The notes below the pieces were generated by a model that did not search any database, was not told where the DNA came from, and saw nothing but the letters and a program-made list of their open reading frames with translations. DNA of 64,000 nt from a virus: IMG/VR virus record IMGVR_UViG_3300043436_001797, positions 1 to 64,000 of that record; one strand, 5' to 3'. The position numbers and the translations under genes are program-made. Shown piece by piece: positions 6,482 to 16,203 of this stretch (its first letter is position 1; every line of letters starts with the position of its first letter).

Positions 6482-9430
6482 ATGTCAGAGTTTTCAATAA
6501 ATAACCCCAACGGATATCTTGCGGGACCCCTTGGTAGTTTTCGTGTATACGGAGCTGATGGTAGATTAAAAGCTATTGGTGCCGGGGGTGGGGGTGGTGC
6601 TACCTGGGGAACTATCACCGGGGATATTCTGAACCAGACGGATCTTATTGACTACATCGCTTCTCAGACAGGCGGTGGGTTTGTTCCTGAAAGTAGAACC
6701 CTGACTATTAACGGAGAGACCTATGATCTTAGTGAGAATAGAAGCTGGACATTACCTACCGGGGGTACCGTTACAGATGTAACAGGTACGGGGACTGTAT
6801 CAGGACTTACTCTTACAGGATCAGGCACTGACTCTGTTACACTTACCCTGGGTGGATCACTAGTACTAGTAGCATCTGATATTACCACAGCTTTAGGGTA
6901 TACCCCGTATTCTGATACCAACCCAGCAGGGTTTATAACTCAGACTACTGCAGATGGACGTTACTACCCACTTACCGCTAACCCTAGTAACTACGTTACA
7001 TCTAGTACTTTAACTACGGTATTAAGTAACTACCTTACCACCTCTGATGCATCAAGTACATATCTAACTATTGTTGATGCTGGATTTACATACCAACCAA
7101 TCTTTACTACACAGAATGGTTTGACATATGGGGCTGGAGTTCTAAAACTTGGGGGAGAACTAACAGAGGCTACAACTATTACCGGAATTAATAGCCACTC
7201 ACTAGACTTTACTGATTTAGCTTCTTCTACAAATACTGCTAAGAAGTCATACTCTTTTGCTACTAGTTTTGGGGGCAACAACACTCTATTATCTTTAGAC
7301 TCAGATAATAATATTTCTACTTTCTCTCATGAGGATGCTGCAAGTGGAGATATATCAGCAATAGAACTTTTAGGGACAGAGTTAAGAGTTAAAACCCCTG
7401 ATTATACTACAGCAACTAACGGGGATGTCTTGACTCTCCTTGATAATACTACTGGGGCAGCTGAATGGCAAACTCCAACTGGGGGAGCTGGAGGTATTCT
7501 TCATGGAACAGCTGCAGGAACAGATACTTATACAGTAACAATTACTGGCGCAACCGCATATGCTGATGGTGATGCCTACCTTATTCGTTTTACTAATGGT
7601 AATACAACTAGTGCTACATTAGATATCAATGGTTTTGGAGCAGTAGATCTTTATCGCAACAATGATGGTGCTCTTATAGGAGGTGATATTGTAGATGGGG
7701 GAGAAATGTTGTGTATATATAACTCTACCACTAACAGGTTTCAAGTTATAGGTACAGCTCCCAACACTCTTCTTGGTTATGTTACCAACGGAGAATCTAT
7801 CACAATAACTAAAGGTCAAGCGGTTTATGCGTTTAGTGGTACCGGTGATAGAATGGTTGTAAAACTTGCTAATAACACCGGAGATGCTACATCAGCACAA
7901 ACAGTTGGATTAGTTTTATCTACATCTATTGGAGCAAACCAAAAAGGTTTGATTATGCTGCAAGGGTTGTTGGACGGGTTAAGCATTCTTCCCGACACTA
8001 CTTGGGATGACGGAGACCCTGTTTATCTAGATGCTACCGCAGGCGGCATTACAAAAACTAAACCCTATGCTCCTAATCACCTTGTCTATCTTGGTGTTGT
8101 AACAACAGCAAGTAATGGCAACTCAGGACGGATGTATGTTAAAGTGCAGAATGGTTATGAGCTAGATGAGCTTCATAACGTGCAGGCACAGTCTCCAACA
8201 GTTAACGATGTTCTTTACTACTTTGGAGGAACCCCTGGTCAATGGAAGACCGCATCTCTATCTACAATCTTAGGGTATACACCGGTTCCAACTACAAGAA
8301 CTCTTACTATAAACGGTAACACTCAAGATCTTTCTGTTGATAGATCATGGACTGTAACTGCTGCTAGTGGAGATTTACCTGAAATATCTGTAAGTACGTC
8401 TAACGCAAGGGAGGATAACTATGCTCCAACAGGGTGGCCAGGTACATCTGATATAGTTAAAGTTATTAGGATTAATTCTACCAACACAGACTATATGATG
8501 TGTCTTGGAGGATTAGCAAGTCCAACAGCTGGTAGAATAGTTACAATCTATAATTCATCAACAGCAAACAACTTAATAATCATTGAAAATCTATCTACCT
8601 CATCAACTGCGGCTAATAGATTTAGAATGACAGCTAATTTACCGTACTTCTTGCTTCCCAACAGAAGTGTTACATTCTTATATGATGGCACTTATTGGAC
8701 TCAGTTTTCTGCTAGCAACTCTGGCGGATTTGATTTCTTTGACGATTGCACTGGTGGAGGTTCTGGTTATGTTACAACTAGTACTGTTGGCATGTCTGGT
8801 GTACATGCTTCAGGTACAAGTGCCGGGGTAAGAAGTGGAAATTTTGGAGCCTCTGACGGTTTTGGTGAATATGGTTTACAAACAGGAACTAGCACTACAG
8901 GATTTGCATCCGTTTCTACACAAACTAGGAGAGCTGGTGGAAACAATGCATTTGGAGCATACATCGGTACCTCTGATGTACCTTATATAACAGTTTCTAA
9001 AATTGCTTTGAGCGCTTTAGCTACAGTTGCTCAAGACTACAGAGCTCACTTTGGAATGAATGGAGCGTCTTCTCTTCCTGCAAACGCACCAACAATTGGG
9101 TATTTGTGGTCTTATGAAGGTACAGCAAATTCAGCGTGGACAGCAAGAACTCAAAATACAGGAGGAACAACATCAACTGTAACTACGGGATTGACCGCTA
9201 GTGCAGCCTATGTATGGTTAGGTGTATATAAACCGGGTGGATCGACTATTAGAGATGCAGTGTATTTTTATTCAAGCAATGGAATAATATATCAAATGGC
9301 ATCCAAGTTTGTAGGAGTAACTGGTACTTATGGAGGGAGTCCTACTGTTGTAATAGGTTCGATAGCAGGAACAACAGCAAAAGAATTAATAGTAGACTGG
9401 ATAGGCACATCATTTAATCTTGCACGATGA
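6482..9430 (+). CDS. Tail/head fibre-like protein (982 aa)
   Basis: G/T/S-rich. VPxxRTLTING..DLS..RSWT occurs twice; ITTALGYTP and NGYELDELHNV fibre-type motifs. Confidence 0.7.
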   Translation: MSEFSINNPNGYLAGPLGSFRVYGADGRLKAIGAGGGGGATWGTITGDILNQTDLIDYIASQTGGGFVPESRTLTINGETYDLSENRSWTLPTGGTVTDVTGTGTVSGLTLTGSGTDSVTLTLGGSLVLVASDITTALGYTPYSDTNPAGFITQTTADGRYYPLTANPSNYVTSSTLTTVLSNYLTTSDASSTYLTIVDAGFTYQPIFTTQNGLTYGAGVLKLGGELTEATTITGINSHSLDFTDLASSTNTAKKSYSFATSFGGNNTLLSLDSDNNISTFSHEDAASGDISAIELLGTELRVKTPDYTTATNGDVLTLLDNTTGAAEWQTPTGGAGGILHGTAAGTDTYTVTITGATAYADGDAYLIRFTNGNTTSATLDINGFGAVDLYRNNDGALIGGDIVDGGEMLCIYNSTTNRFQVIGTAPNTLLGYVTNGESITITKGQAVYAFSGTGDRMVVKLANNTGDATSAQTVGLVLSTSIGANQKGLIMLQGLLDGLSILPDTTWDDGDPVYLDATAGGITKTKPYAPNHLVYLGVVTTASNGNSGRMYVKVQNGYELDELHNVQAQSPTVNDVLYYFGGTPGQWKTASLSTILGYTPVPTTRTLTINGNTQDLSVDRSWTVTAASGDLPEISVSTSNAREDNYAPTGWPGTSDIVKVIRINSTNTDYMMCLGGLASPTAGRIVTIYNSSTANNLIIIENLSTSSTAANRFRMTANLPYFLLPNRSVTFLYDGTYWTQFSASNSGGFDFFDDCTGGGSGYVTTSTVGMSGVHASGTSAGVRSGNFGASDGFGEYGLQTGTSTTGFASVSTQTRRAGGNNAFGAYIGTSDVPYITVSKIALSALATVAQDYRAHFGMNGASSLPANAPTIGYLWSYEGTANSAWTARTQNTGGTTSTVTTGLTASAAYVWLGVYKPGGSTIRDAVYFYSSNGIIYQMASKFVGVTGTYGGSPTVVIGSIAGTTAKELIVDWIGTSFNLAR

Positions 9431-9723
9431 TATACTATACATACAAAATAGATTATACGGACAATAATGGGCACGTTTCTACTGTGTCTCAAACAAGGGC
9501 TTGTGAGGATATAGACTATCCTACCAGTTTAGATGATACAAAACTTATTGTTCAGCAACAAGCATGGGCTTTGAATAACTTTAGTTTAGTAACAACGTAT
9601 ACTGAAACAACAACTAATATTACTCTAGCTCAATACAACGCTATTGTACTAGATCCAACATCAGTAGAATCTATTCCTGATTGGGATCCAAATGACCCCA
9701 TAATTCCACAATATGAAAATTAA
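9427..9723 (+). CDS. Putative fibre assembly/chaperone protein
   Basis: Small acidic ORF overlapping the fibre stop codon; assignment from position only. Confidence 0.4.
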   Translation: MIYYTYKIDYTDNNGHVSTVSQTRACEDIDYPTSLDDTKLIVQQQAWALNNFSLVTTYTETTTNITLAQYNAIVLDPTSVESIPDWDPNDPIIPQYEN

Positions 9724-11764
9724 CTCGGTAAAATTCAAAGACAAAAAGTCTTTTGACAAAAACAAAAAGAAATCTAACGTGCTTTCAATACATGAACCAT
9801 TTGGTATCATTGTATTTGAAGATAAGACTGATGTTATTCCAGATACTGCTAAAGTATCTCAGAGCAATGAAATAAATTCTTCGGAAGATCAAATTTCTAC
9901 AGGACTTGCAATAGTTATTGCAAAAAATCATGGAGAGGCTGCTAACTACTTTAGATTAAATGACATAGTAGTTAAGGATTCTTATGAATTGACTAAGACA
10001 TTCTTTGTTGAGGTTCCTGATTTTATATCATTTGATTCTTTTTATGGAAGTCTTATGTCTACCGGTATTTTTATTAGCGTAGAACCAGACTACATAGTAC
10101 CAATGGACATGGATGCTGAAACAGTATACAATGGTCATTGGCACCTTCCTAATATGAAAGCAGCAGAAGCGTGGTCTCTTTTAACAGGAGATAACACTGG
10201 AGAAGTTGCTGTATTAGATATTGCTTGTGAAACTGGACATGAGGATTTACAAGGTGCGCTTAGTTCCCTATCTTGGAACTGTGTAACTGATGGACCAGAT
10301 GTAAACCCTATATCAGATTACGAAAATCATGGAACATCCTGTACTGGAGTTATTGCTGCAGTATGTAACAACAATATCGGATCTCTTTCACTAGGCAACA
10401 ACAAACTCAAAGTGCAGTTTTTGCATATTGGTTATAACAGTACCAGTGGTGGTAGTTTCCAAACATCTGATACTATTGTAACTAGAGCAATTAACAAAGC
10501 AATTGCTAACCCAAAATGTTACGCTATCTCTATGTCATGGGGTGGTACCGGTAACTACCCAATCTTTGTAAATGCCTTAAATACAGCTAAAACTGTAGCT
10601 AGAAATGGTAAGGGTATTCCAATTTTTGCATCAAGCGGTAATCAAAACAACCCCAGCTTTACGCAAAACCCAGCAGCATATCCATCAGTAATGGCGATAG
10701 GTGCTTCTACATCTACAAATACTAGAGCTAACTTTAGTAACTACGGTCCAAAAACATTTGCAGCTGCACCCGGTGTATCTCTTTGGACAGTTGATAGAAC
10801 TGGTCCTTTAGGTTATGGTGCAGACTCTTACAAAGGATTTAGTGGTACATCTGCTTCTTGTCCTGCGATGGCTGCGGTAGCAGCTGCAGTTCTTGTAAAG
10901 AATCCAGAACTTACTGAAATGCAAGTAAGAGATATTCTGAAAAACTCATGCAGAAAGACAGGTGGATATGTATACAATGCTGATGGTTGGTCAAATGAAC
11001 TTGGTTATGGTGTGATTGACATGTTTGCTGCTGTTACTCAAGCTGCTGCAACACTTCCTGGAGAACCAACTCCTGGTCCAACACATAACTACTATGGTGC
11101 AGTTTCTAGTCCAGCTACAGTTCAGCAAGGTTCTGTTGTAAACGTAGTTTACTCTGTAATGTCTGACAAACCTGTTACTAATGATACAGTTGTTCCTGTG
11201 TTATTGTCATTTAAACGTGCAGATAATGCAAGTCTAAACTTCTATACAGGTACTGTAACTATTCTTGCGGGACAAACTTCTGCATCTGCAACCATTCCTT
11301 ACACTGTTCCTAACACATTTAGTGGAGTTTGCCAGTTTGTGCTTACAGTAGACCCTAACAATTTTGTTCAGGAGACTAATGAGAATGACAATGTAGCAAT
11401 GACATCTATCAATGTTACTCTTCCTCCTGCTCCAACTGAAGGTGTGGATCTTCTTGTTAAGATTGAAAGCTACGAGTTTCTTGATTCTACAAGAGTAAGA
11501 ATTAGATACACCTTTTCAAACGTAGGTAAAGTTGATGTTGTTAGTCTAAAAGCTACTGCTGGATTTGATGGTAAACCTGCAACTACTTGGACTAGAACGG
11601 AACTTTATAGACCCGGAACTAGTAAGTCAATGGCATCTGTGTTCCCATCAAACATGTGGGGTACATTGCCAAACACTTTCCGGATCAAGATAATTCAGGT
11701 AAATGGTGTAGCAGATGCTAATGCATCCAACAATGAAAGTTCAATAATCATAAATCCACGATAA
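9713..11764 (+). CDS. Subtilisin-like S8 serine protease with C-terminal CARDB-like domains
   Basis: Catalytic motifs VAVLD..HEDL, NHGTSCTGVIAA, SSGN and FSGTSASCP. CARDB-like VDPNNFVQETNENDN and DANASNN. Confidence 0.9.
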   Translation: MKINSVKFKDKKSFDKNKKKSNVLSIHEPFGIIVFEDKTDVIPDTAKVSQSNEINSSEDQISTGLAIVIAKNHGEAANYFRLNDIVVKDSYELTKTFFVEVPDFISFDSFYGSLMSTGIFISVEPDYIVPMDMDAETVYNGHWHLPNMKAAEAWSLLTGDNTGEVAVLDIACETGHEDLQGALSSLSWNCVTDGPDVNPISDYENHGTSCTGVIAAVCNNNIGSLSLGNNKLKVQFLHIGYNSTSGGSFQTSDTIVTRAINKAIANPKCYAISMSWGGTGNYPIFVNALNTAKTVARNGKGIPIFASSGNQNNPSFTQNPAAYPSVMAIGASTSTNTRANFSNYGPKTFAAAPGVSLWTVDRTGPLGYGADSYKGFSGTSASCPAMAAVAAAVLVKNPELTEMQVRDILKNSCRKTGGYVYNADGWSNELGYGVIDMFAAVTQAAATLPGEPTPGPTHNYYGAVSSPATVQQGSVVNVVYSVMSDKPVTNDTVVPVLLSFKRADNASLNFYTGTVTILAGQTSASATIPYTVPNTFSGVCQFVLTVDPNNFVQETNENDNVAMTSINVTLPPAPTEGVDLLVKIESYEFLDSTRVRIRYTFSNVGKVDVVSLKATAGFDGKPATTWTRTELYRPGTSKSMASVFPSNMWGTLPNTFRIKIIQVNGVADANASNNESSIIINPR

Positions 11765-11766
11765 AT

Positions 11767-12147
11767 ATGAGAGATATTTTAAAATCAATAAAGTATAAAC
11801 TACAACTCTTTGACGGGTTGTGGTCTATACCACTAGCTTTTCTAGCTTTTGTATACTTTGGGTATATAAGTACAGTATACTTTGGAGATCCATTGATCTC
11901 TATTGAGTACCTACAACAAGTTCTTTTAGCAGGACTAATCCTTGTGTTTGCTAACTTTGTTGCATTCCTTGGGGGTTACTTTAACTTCAGAGGACTTCAG
12001 AAGTACTTTTATTCTCAAGAAATTAAAGTAGAAACTAAAAACAAATTAACCGCATGGCAAAGAATAAAATTGTACTTGTGGGTTTACTTTGGATTGCTCT
12101 CCTCTTTCCTAGTAATCCTCTGGTTAGTAATGACGGCTACTGCGTAA
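11767..12147 (+). CDS. Putative holin (3 TM segments)
   Basis: Three hydrophobic helices; overlaps the endolysin gene. Confidence 0.55.
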   Translation: MRDILKSIKYKLQLFDGLWSIPLAFLAFVYFGYISTVYFGDPLISIEYLQQVLLAGLILVFANFVAFLGGYFNFRGLQKYFYSQEIKVETKNKLTAWQRIKLYLWVYFGLLSSFLVILWLVMTATA

Positions 12148-12635
12148 GGGTAACCGCATCTAGCTACGTAGGTGTAAGAGAGAAAGGAGGTAACAACAAA
12201 GGTTTTACTAAACGTGAGTTTAGACAACTTATGGTTGAACAAGGATGGAAACCAGGGTATCCCTGGTGTTCCTTCTTTGTGATGGCTATGCTTAATGAGT
12301 GCGGTGTACCTAATACTATCACGGGTTGGTCACCTACAGCATATAACCGTAAAGATGTTATTTACACAGACGGCAAGTTCTATAAATCATTTAATGATGG
12401 TGATGTACTTGTTATGACTCTGAGTTACAATGATAAACAAGGTAGCGGTAGATATAAAGGTATAGCGCATACAGGTATTGTAGATAGAATAGGTCAATAC
12501 TCAGTAAGAACTATTGAGGGTAATACCAATGAACAAGGTATGAGAGATAGTAGAACTACTGATGGGGTGTACTACAAAATAAGACCATTAACCAAAAAAC
12601 TACACATAACAAGATGGGGCAAATCTCAAAACTAA
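12054..12635 (+). CDS. CHAP-family endolysin with N-terminal signal/anchor
   Basis: PWCSFFV (catalytic Cys), AHTGIV (His), TIEGNT; hydrophobic N-terminus. Confidence 0.85.
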   Translation: MAKNKIVLVGLLWIALLFPSNPLVSNDGYCVRVTASSYVGVREKGGNNKGFTKREFRQLMVEQGWKPGYPWCSFFVMAMLNECGVPNTITGWSPTAYNRKDVIYTDGKFYKSFNDGDVLVMTLSYNDKQGSGRYKGIAHTGIVDRIGQYSVRTIEGNTNEQGMRDSRTTDGVYYKIRPLTKKLHITRWGKSQN

Positions 12636-13033
12636 CAAAAATCGGTATAGGTTTAGGGGCTACTATTCTTTTGCTGACAATTATTTTTAGTGTAAGAGCG
12701 TGTAAAAAACCTGCACCTAATCCTGCTGTAGATAGACTTAACCAGATAAATGATAGTCTGTATGATGTTATAGAAGAGAACAACAGAATAGCTAATGATC
12801 TCTATGAAAAACTTGACTCTATAACTATCATATCAGATACCATTATTCAACGACAAGAAATAACTAATAAGTACTATAGAAATGAAGTATATAACATTCT
12901 TAGCAGTAGTGATGCTGATGCCGATATTCAGTTTCGCGCAACCCTCCAAAAATCAGACTCGCTCCTTAAAAGTGGATTCTACTCCAAAACTTACGACCTA
13001 CGATCTTCAGCTAATGAATCTCAATTTCACTAG
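12614..13033 (+). CDS. Spanin-like protein, possible lipoprotein
   Basis: N-terminal hydrophobic helix ending VRA-C, then coiled coil; follows the endolysin. Confidence 0.5.
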   Translation: MGQISKLTKIGIGLGATILLLTIIFSVRACKKPAPNPAVDRLNQINDSLYDVIEENNRIANDLYEKLDSITIISDTIIQRQEITNKYYRNEVYNILSSSDADADIQFRATLQKSDSLLKSGFYSKTYDLRSSANESQFH

Positions 13034-13322
13034 CATGTGGTATTGGTATAATACTGCTATGGAGATAGACAGTTTGTACCAAATGGAGAAGCTTAAAGTT
13101 CATTACTATTCTAAGATCACTGGTATTCAAGCTAATAGCTACGAAACTCTTCAGCAGATCTATGATAATAAGCAATCTATTGAGAAAGCTATAGCTCAAG
13201 AAAAAGATAATGAGATTAAAGATCTTAAGAAAAGAAACAGAGGATTAGTGTTTCAGAATATAGGTCTAACTGTAGGGTTGGCGGGTCTAACATTTACCAC
13301 AATTTATTTTGCTTTGTTATGA
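12882..13322 (+). CDS. Second spanin-like protein (signal peptide, coiled coil, C-terminal TM)
   Basis: Overlaps the previous gene by about 150 nt in another frame; SFA-Q cleavage-like site. Confidence 0.5.
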   Translation: MKYITFLAVVMLMPIFSFAQPSKNQTRSLKVDSTPKLTTYDLQLMNLNFTSMWYWYNTAMEIDSLYQMEKLKVHYYSKITGIQANSYETLQQIYDNKQSIEKAIAQEKDNEIKDLKKRNRGLVFQNIGLTVGLAGLTFTTIYFALL

Positions 13323-13362
13323 CTTTTCTTGCTATATTGTAGTATATATATGTTTGTTTGTT

Positions 13363-13728
13363 ATGGGAACTGGTGCAGTATTCTTTGAGACAAGGGATGT
13401 AATTACTATAGTAGTTGGGGTGGCATCACTGTCAGGTCTTTATTACACACTTAAACGGTCTGTAGACAGACTAAGTACTAACTTTATCAATATGCAAGAC
13501 AATCACTCCAGAGATATGGCTGCTCTAAACCAATCTCTTAAAGAAACTAAAGAAGACTTTAACAAAAAAGAACAGAACATCTATACAAGAATAGGTGAAC
13601 TTAGAGAAGAACAAAAAAGTGCTAGCGAAAGGCTAGATATTAAAATAGACGCTATATCATCTTCGGTAAATTCTATGAATGCGTCATTAGCGGAACTTAC
13701 AGGATATTTAAAGGCAAAGAAAGATTGA
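13363..13728 (+). CDS. Membrane-anchored coiled-coil protein (lysis-associated?)
   Basis: ATG at 13363 preferred as start; one TM segment followed by heptad repeats. Confidence 0.6.
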   Translation: MGTGAVFFETRDVITIVVGVASLSGLYYTLKRSVDRLSTNFINMQDNHSRDMAALNQSLKETKEDFNKKEQNIYTRIGELREEQKSASERLDIKIDAISSSVNSMNASLAELTGYLKAKKD

Positions 13729-13779
13729 GTCGTTGTGCTCTGTTTTGTGTTTTGTTATTATTGTTTTGATGTTTAAACT

Positions 13780-13814
13780 GAAGCCCTTAGAAACGTCTAA
13801 GGGTTTCTTTTTTT
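13780..13814 (+). terminator. Intrinsic terminator ending the fibre/lysis unit
   Basis: GAAGCCCTTAGA-AACG-TCTAAGGGTTTC-TTTTTTT. Confidence 0.85.
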
Positions 13815-13870
13815 AAATGTTGTAAGTTTAAACTTTTATTGTATATTTGCGTATATATAAACTTAAAACA

Positions 13871-14170
13871 ATGGATCAAACATTTATGACAGATGAGGAT
13901 ATCGCTCAAGGTATTGAGCTTACCCCAGAAATTATTGCAGCTAGAAAAGAAGAAATGCTCAGTTTCTACAAGGAGCAGATTGAGTTTATGGACGTGCAGT
14001 TGCAGTTTGAAAAACTAGGTGCTGATATTGAAGAGCATCGTTTGAGAAGACTTGTAGCTATGGTGCGTCAAGCTCAAATCCAATCTCCACAGGAACCTCA
14101 AGAACCTGGTGAAGAACCAAAAGCTTCAGGATCTTCTGAAGAAAAAAAGAGATCATTGAAGAAGTCTTAA
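13871..14170 (+). CDS. Hypothetical coiled-coil protein
   Basis: ATG at 13871 after the TTAAAACA leader. Confidence 0.7.
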   Translation: MDQTFMTDEDIAQGIELTPEIIAARKEEMLSFYKEQIEFMDVQLQFEKLGADIEEHRLRRLVAMVRQAQIQSPQEPQEPGEEPKASGSSEEKKRSLKKS

Positions 14171-14188
14171 TTGCTAGCTTAAACCAAC

Positions 14189-14560
14189 ATGGCAATCGTT
14201 AATCAAGTACAGAAAAGAATACGCATGGAGATCTGGGACATTACTAAGTTCCAGATCGCTGTGCATTGTCAGTTAAAAGACATACCTGTTTCAACTCTTG
14301 ATCTAAATTGCTTAACCCTGCTAGCGTTATCTGGTGAACGTGAACTTACAGATTTTTGTCAGACTGCTGCTCAGAAAGAAATTTTTGGCAGCAGTCAATC
14401 TGTAAGAAACGCACTTACCAAAGCTGAAAAAAGAAGCCTTATTATAAAACAAGGTAAGGGTAAAAAGAAGATTAGGATAAACCCAGAGTTGAAAATACAA
14501 ACTGAAGGGAATATTCTACTAGATTATAAAATAGTCAGAGTTGAATCCCAAAAAGTTTAA
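14189..14560 (+). CDS. Winged-helix DNA-binding protein (RepL-like position in crAss-like phages)
   Basis: SSQSVRNALTKAEKRSLIIK..IRINP fits a wHTH pattern; gene order. Confidence 0.55.
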   Translation: MAIVNQVQKRIRMEIWDITKFQIAVHCQLKDIPVSTLDLNCLTLLALSGERELTDFCQTAAQKEIFGSSQSVRNALTKAEKRSLIIKQGKGKKKIRINPELKIQTEGNILLDYKIVRVESQKV

Positions 14561-14942
14561 AAATATACTAGAGGAAATCATTAAAGATATTGATTGCGAT
14601 AAGCAACTAGTATCTGATGTGATGGATTTCTATTGGACAAACGTCAGAAAAAGCATAGTTACTGTAGCACACCCTAGAATAAACATAGAAAGTTTGGGTG
14701 CATTTAGGGTAAAATCAACCATTCTGCAAAAGACTATAACCAAGTATAAGGTGACAATGCATGGTTTTAAGAACCCTGATTTTGCTAAATACCCTAGGTA
14801 TCAAAGTCTAAAAGACAGACTTGAGATTTTAGAGAAAGCTGCAGTACAGCTTAAAAGTGAAATAGACAGACATAGACAATTAAAAACCACCAGATATGGC
14901 GACACTATTAGAGGTTTGGAAGAAGAGGGGCAAGATACTTGA
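14541..14942 (+). CDS. IHF/HU-like DNA-binding protein
   Basis: Helix-helix then RINIESLGAFRVK (HU I..FG.F motif); basic. Confidence 0.6.
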   Translation: MNPKKFKNILEEIIKDIDCDKQLVSDVMDFYWTNVRKSIVTVAHPRINIESLGAFRVKSTILQKTITKYKVTMHGFKNPDFAKYPRYQSLKDRLEILEKAAVQLKSEIDRHRQLKTTRYGDTIRGLEEEGQDT

Positions 14943-15213
14943 GGGTATCAAAAACTCTATATTTAAAGATGAACATGTTGAAGAAATTGCAGCAGAACGG
15001 AATAAAATATGTCAAGACTGTTCTGATATTGACAGAAGCGGTGACAAGTGTTTTGCTCCCGGAACTCAACCCTGTTGTGGCGTATGCGGTTGTTCACTCA
15101 AGTTTTTACAAAGGTCTCTATCGTCGAAATGTTCGGCGGGTAAATGGGAGGCTGTACTTACTGAAGAGGAGGAAGAAGCGCTTAATAAAAAACTTGAAAA
15201 AGATGCCAGTTAA
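14896..15213 (+). CDS. Cys-rich Zn-binding protein
   Basis: R..ICQDC..C..CCGVCGC..C..GKW pattern. Confidence 0.65.
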   Translation: MATLLEVWKKRGKILEGIKNSIFKDEHVEEIAAERNKICQDCSDIDRSGDKCFAPGTQPCCGVCGCSLKFLQRSLSSKCSAGKWEAVLTEEEEEALNKKLEKDAS

Positions 15214-16012
15214 ATTTCTACCGGATGAGCATAAGTACGTTAGTATTGATCCTTCCGAGAATATAAAGTGGACTAGTGTCACAACTGTGATATCTAATTA
15301 CAAAGAGCATTTTGACGCGGATGCTATTGCTATAAAGTCTGCAAAGAATAAAAAAAGCAAGTGGTATGGTATGTCTCCCGAAGAGATAAAAGATGCTTGG
15401 AAAGCTGAGTCAGATAGAGCAATTAACCTAGGAACCTGGTACCATAATCAAAGGGAGTCCGACATATTAGGTTGCTCTACTATTAATAGAGACGGACTTG
15501 ATCTTAAAATAGTAAAGTCTTTAGAAGTAGATGGGGTAAAAACAGCTCCTAATCAAAAGTTAGATAATGGTATTTATCCTGAGCACTTTGTATATCTAAA
15601 ATCAGCAGGTATCTGTGGACAATCTGATAGAGTAGAAATTGTAAACGGAAGAGTTGATATATATGATTACAAGACAAACAAGGAGATCAAAAAAGAATCG
15701 TACAAAAACTGGGAAGGAATATCTAAAAAGATGCTTCATCCAGTATCTCATCTTGATGATTGTAACTATAATCATTATGCTCTTCAGCTTAGTCTATACC
15801 TATATATGATTCTGAAGCATAACCCGAAACTAAAACCGGGTAAGTTGCTGTTAGACCATGTAATATTTGAAGACGAAGGTGTTGATGATAAAGGCAATAA
15901 AATCCATAAATTAGATATAGAAGGTCGTCCTATTATTAAAAACATTGATAGACACGAGCTACCTTATTTAAAGACTGAGGTTATTGCCATAATTAATCAC
16001 ATGAAAGAATGA
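15203..16012 (+). CDS. PD-(D/E)XK nuclease (Cas4/exonuclease-like)
   Basis: GTWYH, E..GICGQSD, DYKT and YALQLSLY motifs; ATG at 15203 preferred as start. Confidence 0.8.
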   Translation: MPVKFLPDEHKYVSIDPSENIKWTSVTTVISNYKEHFDADAIAIKSAKNKKSKWYGMSPEEIKDAWKAESDRAINLGTWYHNQRESDILGCSTINRDGLDLKIVKSLEVDGVKTAPNQKLDNGIYPEHFVYLKSAGICGQSDRVEIVNGRVDIYDYKTNKEIKKESYKNWEGISKKMLHPVSHLDDCNYNHYALQLSLYLYMILKHNPKLKPGKLLLDHVIFEDEGVDDKGNKIHKLDIEGRPIIKNIDRHELPYLKTEVIAIINHMKE

Positions 16013-16203
16013 TTGTCCAGTTAAATCCAATGATTCCTATAAAACGTGTAAAGGATGACATGGAAGGATATGCGTTTCTTGTCATAGACTATAGTCAGGA
16101 GCACGACATTTTATTTACATGTGCAATGGATGATGGGGAGATTTGGACGCTGAATAATAAAGAGATAAGATTTTGTAAGAATATAAGCTTAGACAGAAAA
16201 TGA
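16009..16203 (+). CDS. Small hypothetical protein
   Basis: Coupled by ATGA overlaps on both sides. Confidence 0.7.
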   Translation: MIVQLNPMIPIKRVKDDMEGYAFLVIDYSQEHDILFTCAMDDGEIWTLNNKEIRFCKNISLDRK

